Shown: in pieces, positions 10,924 through 20,000 of the stretch | How positions within the stretch are numbered: the stretch's first letter is position 1 | How the letters are laid out: each line of letters begins with the position of its first letter | Assembly: GCA_900617105.1 (NCBI GenBank) | Contig: UYFQ01000471.1 | Location: 61,787 to 81,786, forward strand | Direction: 5' to 3' | Source of the DNA: Hydrurus foetidus | Taxonomy: Eukaryota | Length of the DNA stretch: 20,000 bases | Program-made: the position numbers and the translations under genes | The notes under the pieces: generated by a model | The model's input: only the letters and a program-made list of their open reading frames with translations | Told to the model about the DNA's origin: nothing | Databases searched by the model: none

Positions 10924-11494
10924 ATAGATCTATTCCGTCCACCCTTCTTTAGCTAATACCTCCGACTTCTACCTCTCCTTCCCGATACGCCACCTCCAGA
11001 TCCCAGCCTCTGTCAACAGAGACGCGGACTCGAGTGAGCCTTCGTGGATTAGTCTTTTCGTTACTTTAAATCCATCTCAGCGATTAAGTTCGTCTGCAGA
11101 CGATTTCTTTGGGGATTTTCATCGAGACCAGTTTCGTCGGTTTAACTACCACAACTTGGAGCCTCGAAGCTTTCGAGCTTGTGCACTTTCTAGTTAACTC
11201 TAGATCGTTTTGCACGATTGCCAAGGGTTAGTGAGCAACGTTAAATCGTTTTCTCGCCTCAACTGTGCTTGGTTGGCTTTAAATAGCTCTTCTCACCGAG
11301 ATTTTTGACGCGTCAAAAATCTCGACTTCACATCATCTAACTGCTTCGTTTCTGACTGCCTGCTGTTGTTTCCAAGGTTATCTACCTTACAGCACAGGGG
11401 GGAAACTCTGGCAAATTTTTTTCCAGAGTTAACTCTCTTCAGAAAAGTTTTGACAGTAATATCTCTTAAACTATATCAAGCTTAATTGCTTGAT

Positions 11495-12407
11495 ATGTCG
11501 AGCGGCTCTTCTAACACTGATCCCGGCTCGGGAATATTGCGAACTCCTGATGGCTTCCAAACAGCATCGGGTAGATTGCGTCAACAGCAATCACAGTCGA
11601 GTAATTCTTCGACAAATCAACGCTCAGGTTCATCACCGATAGCAATTGATAATCGTCGTTCGCAGGGTTCATTACCTGACAATGTACGTCGCTCTCAGTC
11701 TTCGACTGTTCAATTACAACAACCTTTGTTCGTATTGAAAGGGCCGTACATCTCTCCTGAAGAGGCTGTTCTGTTTAAGACACAGGCGATACGTGTCCCT
11801 GACATCGGATCGTTTACGCCAAGAACAAACGCGGGTCAGTTGCGTCAACAACGATCGTAGTCCAGAGTTATTTCTCTTCTATCGCATAACGCGCTTAATT
11901 GCTACTTATCGGGGGATGTTTCGCAAGGGATATACTCCACCAAAGCTCTTCTTCATGAAGAATTCATCGTCGACATGCGCCTTCGCATTGAGCGCCATGC
12001 TTTCGACAAGAGCAATCGTCAAACCTTCTATTGCATTGCAAAAGGATTTGTTCGAAGGTGTGATGTCACTCCGTACAGCTCTCAGCTGGAAGCTTTGAAG
12101 GCAGAACCCTTCTTACTAGACCAGACTGTATGACTCCGTACCACGCGTGTTATCAGACCTTCCTGGCTTTATCCCATAACTCGAATCGGGGACTTTTTAT
12201 TAAACTGTGTAGTCCACTTCTAATCCCCTAACGCACAAGGTGAAGGGGCGATTCGAACCAACGATCTGTTCGTTGCGGGTTGATCCCAGGCAGCTAACCA
12301 CTTAAGCGATAGCTGGTTCGTGCTTTTCATGTAAAATGTAAGCCTTTCAATACCGTTATTAGGCATTGTAACATACTCTGCGTACTAATACATACGCGAG
12401 TCAATTT
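11495..12407 (+). pseudogene. Fragmented gag-like region
   Basis: Lies between the leader and pol. A low-complexity S/Q-rich ORF from ATG 11495 stops at 11860 and is followed by short ORF pieces in different frames. No intact CCHC knuckle is recognisable. The call rests mainly on position. Confidence 0.5.
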
Positions 12408-15400
12408 TTGTGTCGGTGTACATACATCTCGAAAATGCACATTAATTGCATCACAATTGAATCCAATGCTTTACATCTTTGCTATACTTCACTTATACCT
12501 TTGGTTGTGTGTAGTGGCTTAGATCGTACTGGCTATAACAATAATACTGTAATCGACATAGGTATTAATTTCAAATCGATTAACAATGTATGCCATACCA
12601 TATATTTGACTGTAAGGGTCAAAGAATCGTCGCTCATAGACTTAATTATTGGCAGAGTCTCTTTAAATAAATACTCGTTTTATAAATTAACTCCTTTCGC
12701 TTTTGGGATAAGTGAGGAACACAAACTAATTTCCTCAGCAAGTGTCGATTGCTCAGCGTGCGACGAACTACCTGATGTCGAACCGTTACTTTCGCAACGG
12801 TTCACAACAATATTATCCAGTGATAGGATTGATAAAAATTTGATAAGAAATTCAAATATCTTACCTATTGAAGAACAGTCAGTTGTAACACAACTTGATT
12901 CTACTTCTAATATCCTAAGGGACTTCGGACAACCTACAACCGAAGGGGAAAGACTGACTATCTGTGGTCACTCATGTTGTTCGTCCGGGACAGGGTCCTG
13001 CCCGGCATTATTGGAATTAGCTACTCCAGAGGCCGGCTGTGAGAGGGGTCGGGCAGTTCATGGGAGTATCGTTCACCCTGAACTGACTCGTGACGGTGAT
13101 ACACCTCCCGAAGATGGATTAGATTACATCCCTCCGACACCAGGGTTTCTTAACGACGAAACGCATGACACTTTAGGCCACTCGCCAAGTGTTGTCATTA
13201 TCAGTAACGATGAGATTGACAGTGAGAAAACCGATACTTTCGGACCTTTCCTCCAAGGGACTAGCCCTGATTTACCGCCCGACAGTAACGGGTCAGACAA
13301 GTTTCTTGACGAAATAACTTTCGTTGGTATGGAAGACCAAATAATTGCAATGAAACTTCTCTGCTTAGAGTTTCGCGACTTGTTCAGCAATAAAATTGCA
13401 ACTCTACCAGCTAAACTAGATCCGTTTAGACTGGATGTGAGGGAACAAGAATGGGAAATATCCGCAAACCGGACCCCGGTTCGACCCCAATCATCTCGTA
13501 AAGAGATTGAAATAAAAAAAGCCTTAGACGAGATGCTTTCATTAGGTATCATCGAATCTTCGAGTGCAGTCTATTACAGTCACCCTGTAGTAGTACAAAA
13601 GACAGCTGATACGTATCGATTCTGCATCGATTACAGACTCTTAAATGCGTGCATGCAACCAGCTAGTTTTCCGCTACCGAATATTCGGGGTCTTTTTGAA
13701 CGCATTGGCCGTCACCAAGCCGATATTTTCGGTGTAATGGACTTAACTGCCGGTTACCACCAAGCTCCGCTTTATGAACCACATCGCCATTTTACGGCAT
13801 TCATATGCTATGCAGGCATATTCCATTTTACTAGACTCCCCTTTGGACCTAGGTGTGCTCCCTCTTACTTCCAAGAGCAGATGGCCACCAAAGTCCTTCG
13901 CGGTCTCTTATATATGATATGCGAAATATATCTTGACGATATAATTATATATGGCCGGGGATTTGCAGAGTTTCTTAGTAGACTGAGAGATATATTTTTA
14001 CGTTTACGTGAATTTCGCATTTTGCTAAAAGCAAAACAATGCAAATATGGTTGTAAAAGCCTAGAGTATGTTGGTCGTACAATCTCAAAAGACGGATTAT
14101 CCATGTCTGAGACAAAGATTGAGTCTATACTCAACTTTCCAAGACCACAGACTTTAACAGCACTTCGCTTGTTACTGGGTCTTGCGAACTATTTTAGAGG
14201 ATTTGTACCAAATCACTCTACTATAGTCGCACCTTTACAGAGATTAACTGATTCTAAAGCTTACAAAAAATCACCAATTATTTGGACACCTAGTGCTATA
14301 CTAGCATTCCAACACGTAAGAGTGGCTATATCAAGATGCCCTCTAATGTATTTTCTTGATGAAAAGTCATCCATTAAGTTATACACTGACGCATCAGATT
14401 ATGGAATCGGTGGTGTGTTAATTCAAGTTGTTAGCAATGAATGGAGACCTATTGCTTTCATTAGCAAGTCACTTTCTGCTACACAATTAAAATGGTCCAC
14501 GATACAAAAAGAAGCTTATGCTATCTAGGCTGTGATACTCGTGGGAGTATCGTTCAACAACTTGATGGGAGTATCTTTAATTAGAGATTGTGAGTTTGAA
14601 ATACATACCGATCATAAAAACATTACATATATGAAACAAACACCAACTTCAATGGTGTCACGGTGGTTTATAGCTTTACAAGAATTAAATTTCAAAGTTA
14701 TATTTGTGAAAGGCACACAAAATCAGCTAGCAGACGGTCTATCAAGACTTTGTCCCAACATAGCTAAGTTAGCTTTACCGTTCACACCGGTAGCTACTAG
14801 CAATAATGAAATAGTATTATCTGCACTGACAGTTATACCTGAACCTAATCCAGAACAACTTGAATGGATGGAACAATGTCACAACGCAATAGTGGGACAT
14901 GGTGGTTCTTCTAGAACTCTTACCAAACTTTTCAGTTTAGGTCATGCATGGAAGTATATGCGACAGCACGTACGTATGTTCATTGCATCTTGCCCATGCT
15001 GTCAAAAGATGAGCATGATAAAGGTACCGGTTGAAGTTCAACATTATGTGACTTCTTCTAACCGACCTTTTGACGTCGTGAATATCGATTTTATCGGGCC
15101 ATACCCAGACGATTCATACGTTCTTGTTATTATTGACACATTTTCTAAATGGATTGAACTTTTCCATTGCAAAGATGCCACTGCTAAATCAGCATGTGAG
15201 GCACTCTTGCAACATTTTGGTCGCTACGGCGCTCCCAATATGATTAGATCTGATAAAGGTTCTCATTTCGCAAACGATTTGATAAAAGAGTTTCTTGTTT
15301 TAACAGGTACTCCACACAACCTTACATTATCTTATTCTAAACAAGAAAATGGGGCAGTTGAACGTGCTAACAGAGAAGTCAACAGACATCTTCGCGCATT

Positions 15401-16130
15401 AACTTTCGAAACTAATGATGTAAATAACTACAGATTAAGTCTTCCATTTGTACAAAGAATTATAAATAGTTCTATACACGAAACTACAGGCGTAGCACCT
15501 GCTAGTATGTTGTTCGGGAATCAAGTAAATCTTGATAGAGGTATTCTTATACCCAATCCGGTAATTCGAAACACTGAAAAGAGCTCAGCTCTTATATCTA
15601 ATATGTTATACATACAAGATCAAGTAATGCTAAATGCAATTGCAAAAGTAACACTAGCAAAAGCAAGACATTTAGTGAAAAATGCCAAACCATTGACTGT
15701 ATTTCCAGTTGGTTCATATGTTTTAGCAAAGTATGCTGTGGGGCCACCCACTCGTTTACACACTAAATGGCAGGGACCATTTCAGGTCATTTCGTATATC
15801 GATTCAGAATACACATTACTTAATTTAGTGAATAAATCTGAACGAATTACCCATGCAAGTAATCTGAAGCAGTTTATTTTTGATCCTTCAAGAACATCTG
15901 CTCCAGATATTGCTAGACGGGATTATATGGAATTCTTTGTTGAATCCATTGTAGAACATCGTGGAGACACAAAACGATTAAATTCGCTGTTTTTTAAAGT
16001 AAAATGGCTCAATTACGATGATTCACATAATTCATGGGAACCATGGAATGCATTAAGAACATGCGACAAACTACACGATTATCTTCGTTCAAATCAAAAG
16101 CTCAAGAAATTGATGCCTAAAAACTTCTAA
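12408..16130 (+). pseudogene. pol: pol polyprotein (partial protease, RT, RNase H, integrase, chromodomain) with in-frame TAG at 14526-14528
   Basis: Protease C-terminal DLIIGR; RT RFCIDYR, DLTAGYHQ, RLPFG, YLDD; RNase H TDASDYGIGGVL, KEAYAI, TDHKN, NQLADGLSR; integrase H-H-C-C (HNAIVGH...CPCC), D (NIDFIGP), D (RSDKG), E (AVERAN), GPF module; chromodomain FFVESIVEHR...KVKWLNY...SWEP. Both ORFs are in the same frame. Confidence 0.95.
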
Positions 16131-16509
16131 ACATTAATTTGTTATTATGATGTGGTATCTTTTGAAGATTTTTTAGCCTAATTTTTTGCCCTCTGGGTTT
16201 TTATGGTTTTTTAGTCAGTAAGAATCTGACATACCCACATCATAATATATGTTATTTTGTACATACATTAATTTGTATTGATTTACAAAATAAACTTATT
16301 TCCACGACCACTCCCGACTCTCTTTAAATTTTGTTATTTTGTTAAATTTTGTTTTACTATTTTATATTGAAATCTTTTCTTTTTCTTTTATATTTCTGTA
16401 ATCGAATTACTTTTCATGTAAATATGTTAGTATCATTTTTAAATTTTATCTTATTTTTTAAAAAATATAGCTTAATTAGAGATAAGTGGGAGTAGGGTCA
16501 TTCTCTGTG

Positions 16510-16526
16510 GAGATAAGTAGGAGTAG
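16510..16526 (+). promoter_or_regulatory. Polypurine tract (plus-strand primer)
   Basis: Purine-rich GAGATAAGTAGGAGTAG directly abutting the TG of the 3' LTR. Confidence 0.8.
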
Positions 16527-16746
16527 TGTAGCCATATGCCATTTAGTATGGCATTATGAGCTTCTAGGACTATCGGTCTACAGATCGGTCTACAGGGTCG
16601 TAGGCTTCCAGCCTAACCCTTACAACGTGTACTCTGCTATCATCTAGCTAGTCCACGTAGAAGTTACCCTAGCTACGGCTTTCCCCTGTAACTAAGACTT
16701 CAGCTCCTCTCCTTTCCTTTCTCTCTTTTGCCATTCGGACTCGACA
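16527..16746 (+). repeat. 3' LTR (220 bp)
   Basis: Identical to the 5' LTR by eye except for an extra CG near the end (GGACT-CG-ACA vs GGACT-ACA). Confidence 0.96.
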
Positions 16747-19700
16747 ACAGTGATGCTATCCACCGTAGCAGCACTGCTGATGACTCCAGTCAGCGTGGAC
16801 AGAGCTCCAAGAGTGTCTACAGTGATGCTATCCACCGTAGCAGCACTGCTGATGACTCCAGTCAGCGTGGACAGAGCTCCAAGAGTGTCTACAGTGATGC
16901 TATCCACCGTAGCAGCACTGCTGATGACTCCAGTCAGCGTGGACAGAGCTCCAAGAGTGTCTACAGTGATGCTATCCACCGTAGCAGCACTGCTGATGAC
17001 TCCAGTCAGCGTGGACAGAGCTCCAAGAGTGTCTACAGTGATGCTATCCACCGTAGCAGCACTGCTGATGACTCCAGTCAGCGTGGACAGAGCTCCAAGA
17101 GTGTCTACAGTGATGCTATCCACCGTAGCAGCACTGCTGATGACTCCAGTCAGCGTGGACAGAGCTCCAAGAGTGTCTACAGTGATGCTATCCACCGTAG
17201 CAGCACTGCTGATGACTCCAGTCAGCGTGGACAGAGCTCCAAGAGTGTCTACAGTGATGCTATCCACCGTAGCAGCACTGCTGATGACTCCAGTCAGCGT
17301 GGACAGAGCTCCAAGAGTGTCTACAGTGATGCTATCCACCGTAGCAGCACTGCTGATGACTCCAGTCAGCGTGGACAGAGCTCCAAGAGTGTCTACAGTG
17401 ATGCTATCCACCGTAGCAGCACTGCTGATGACTCCAGTCAGCGTGGACAGAGCTCCAAGAGTGTCTACAGTGATGCTATCCACCGTAGCAGCACTGCTGA
17501 TGACTCCAGTCAGCGTGGACAGAGCTCCAAGAGTGTCTACAGTGATGCTATCCACCGTAGCAGCACTGCTGATGACTCCAGTCAGCGTGGACAGAGCTCC
17601 AAGAGTGTCTACAGTGATGCTATCCACCGTAGCAGCACTGCTGATGACTCCAGTCAGCGTGGACAGAGCTCCAAGAGTGTCTACAGTGATGCTATCCACC
17701 GTAGCAGCACTGCTGATGACTCCAGTCAGCGTGGACAGAGCTCCAAGAGTGTCTACAGTGATGCTATCCACCGTAGCAGCACTGCTGATGACTCCAGTCA
17801 GCGTGGACAGAGCTCCAAGAGTGTCTACAGTGATGCTATCCACCGTAGCAGCACTGCTGATGACTCCAGTCAGCGTGGACAGAGCTCCAAGAGTGTCTAC
17901 AGTGATGCTATCCACCGTAGCAGCACTGCTGATGACTCCAGTCAGCGTGGACAGAGCTCCAAGAGTGTCTACAGTGATGCTATCCACCGTAGCAGCACTG
18001 CTGATGACTCCAGTCAGCGTGGACAGAGCTCCAAGAGTGTCTACAGTGATGCTATCCACCGTAGCAGCACTGCTGATGACTCCAGTCAGCGTGGACAGAG
18101 CTCCAAGAGTGTCTACAGTGATGCTATCCACCGTAGCAGCACTGCTGATGACTCCAGTCAGCGTGGACAGAGCTCCAAGAGTGTCTACAGTGATGCTATC
18201 CACCGTAGCAGCACTGCTGATGACTCCAGTCAGCGTGGACAGAGCTCCAAGAGTGTCTACAGTGATGCTATCCACCGTAGCAGCACTGCTGATGACTCCA
18301 GTCAGCGTGGACAGAGCTCCAAGAGTGTCTACAGTGATGCTATCCACCGTAGCAGCACTGCTGATGACTCCAGTCAGCGTGGACAGAGCTCCAAGAGTGT
18401 CTACAGTGATGCTATCCACCGTAGCAGCACTGCTGATGACTCCAGTCAGCGTGGACAGAGCTCCAAGAGTGTCTACAGTGATGCTATCCACCGTAGCAGC
18501 ACTGCTGATGACTCCAGTCAGCGTGGACAGAGCTCCAAGAGTGTCTACAGTGATGCTATCCACCGTAGCAGCACTGCTGATGACTCCAGTCAGCGTGGAC
18601 AGAGCTCCAAGAGTGTCTACAGTGATGCTATCCACCGTAGCAGCACTGCTGATGACTCCAGTCAGCGTGGACAGAGCTCCAAGAGTGTCTACAGTGATGC
18701 TATCCACCGTAGCAGCACTGCTGATGACTCCAGTCAGCGTGGACAGAGCTCCAAGAGTGTCTACAGTGATGCTATCCACCGTAGCAGCACTGCTGATGAC
18801 TCCAGTCAGCGTGGACAGAGCTCCAAGAGTGTCTACAGTGATGCTATCCACCGTAGCAGCACTGCTGATGACTCCAGTCAGCGTGGACAGAGCTCCAAGA
18901 GTGTCTACAGTGATGCTATCCACCGTAGCAGCACTGCTGATGACTCCAGTCAGCGTGGACAGAGCTCCAAGAGTGTCTACAGTGATGCTATCCACCGTAG
19001 CAGCACTGCTGATGACTCCAGTCAGCGTGGACAGAGCTCCAAGAGTGTCTACAGTGATGCTATCCACCGTAGCAGCACTGCTGATGACTCCAGTCAGCGT
19101 GGACAGAGCTCCAAGAGTGTCTACAGTGATGCTATCCACCGTAGCAGCACTGCTGATGACTCCAGTCAGCGTGGACAGAGCTCCAAGAGTGTCTACAGTG
19201 ATGCTATCCACCGTAGCAGCACTGCTGATGACTCCAGTCAGCGTGGACAGAGCTCCAAGAGTGTCTACAGTGATGCTATCCACCGTAGCAGCACTGCTGA
19301 TGACTCCAGTCAGCTGGACAGAGCTCAAGAGTGTCTACAGTGATGCTATCCACCGTAGCAGCACTGCTGATGACTCCAGTCAGCGTGGACAGAGCTCCAA
19401 GAGTGTCTACAGTGATGCTATCCACCGTAGCAGCACTGCTGATGACTCCAGTCAGCGTGGACAGAGCTCCAAGAGTGTCTACAGTGATGCTATCCACCGT
19501 AGCAGCACTGCTGATGACTCCAGTCAGCGTGGACAGAGCTCCAAGAGTGTCTACAGTGATGCTATCCACCGTAGCAGCACTGCTGATGACTCCAGTCAGC
19601 GTGGACAGAGCTCCAAGAGTGTCTACAGTGATGCTATCCACCGTAGCAGCACTGCTGATGACTCCAGTCAGCGTGGACAGAGCTCCAAGAGTGTCTACAG

Positions 19701-20000
19701 TGATGCTATCCACCGTAGCAGCACTGCTGATGACTCCAGTCAGCGTGGACAGAGCTCCAAGAGTGTCTACAGTGATGCTATCCACCGTAGCAGCACTGCT
19801 GATGACTCCAGTCAGCGTGGACAGAGCTCCAAGAGTGTCTACAGTGATGCTATCCACCGTAGCAGCACTGCTGATGACTCCAGTCAGCGTGGACAGAGCT
19901 CCAAGAGTGTCTACAGTGATGCTATCCACCGTAGCAGCACTGCTGATGACTCCAGTCAGCGTGGACAGAGCTCCAAGAGTGTCTACAGTGATGCTATCCA
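16747..20000. repeat. 72-bp tandem array, right part (at least 45 copies, truncated by the window end)
   Basis: Same unit as 10020-10705, resuming in register at ACAG|TGATG. The only variant seen is one 70-bp unit with two 1-bp deletions at about 19314-19326. Confidence 0.98.

Larger units (their letters stand above)
10706..16746 (+). mobile_element. Ty3/Gypsy chromovirus-type LTR retrotransposon, 6041 bp, 4-bp TSD ACAG
   Basis: Two direct LTRs with TG...CA ends; ACAG at 10702-10705 and 16747-16750; pol order PR-RT-RH-INT-chromodomain; PPT next to the 3' LTR. Confidence 0.97.
7124..20000 (+). mobile_element. Mutator/MULE-like DNA transposon (left end uncertain, right end presumably beyond the window), containing the tandem array and the nested LTR element
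   Basis: Transposase gene from 7793, preceded by a repeat- and hairpin-rich AT-rich region. Candidate terminus GGGAGCGTTCGGTAAA follows AT-rich AAATATATA. No partner TIR is visible, so the boundaries are inferred. Confidence 0.6.

Noticed and set aside
12385..12402. LIHTRV as a decayed protease LIDTG motif
   Set aside because: It is out of frame with pol and needs two substitutions; too speculative without an alignment to intact copies.
14526..14531. Programmed stop-codon read-through in pol
   Set aside because: The stop is mid-RNase H rather than at a gag-pol boundary, and it sits in a templated patch, so a lesion explains it better.
19311..19330. Variant 70-bp unit as evidence of higher-order repeat structure
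   Set aside because: It occurs once, with two 1-bp deletions close together, which looks more like read error or a single mutation.
16692..19929. Long repeat ORFs (878 aa minus, 871 aa plus, 217 aa minus; also 9930-10721 minus) as independent genes such as ice-binding or adhesin proteins
   Set aside because: They are by-products of a 72-bp unit lacking stops. A random 24-codon frame is stop-free about 32% of the time, so three open frames of six is unremarkable. Their ends fall within the LTR or at array indels.
10020..20000. CRISPR-like array
   Set aside because: Units are head-to-tail and identical with no unique spacers, there are no cas genes, and the context is eukaryotic.

Overview
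Eukaryotic, intron-containing DNA; the P-T/S-x-x-P and 'RRL' motifs suggest a stramenopile-like host, but that is inference. Left part: two tandem minus-strand paralogs of the S53 (sedolisin / tripeptidyl-peptidase I) family. The first (114-1373, running off the window) keeps the catalytic ExxLD motif. The second (3348-6906, 4 exons, about 1015 aa) has lost two triad residues and carries a mucin-like stalk, a TM helix and a Pro-rich tail, so it is a candidate membrane pseudopeptidase. Right part: a nested structure. A Mutator/MULE DNA transposon (DDE transposase + SWIM finger, 2 introns) runs directly into a near-perfectly homogeneous 72-bp tandem array (at least about 55 copies, continuing past the window end). 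The array is split in phase by a 6.04-kb chromodomain-bearing Ty3/Gypsy LTR retrotransposon (10706-16746, 4-bp TSD ACAG, LTRs identical but for a 2-bp indel). That element has a disrupted gag/protease region, no canonical tRNA PBS, and an in-frame stop in RNase H within a patchwork of fragments copied from about 1.5 kb upstream.
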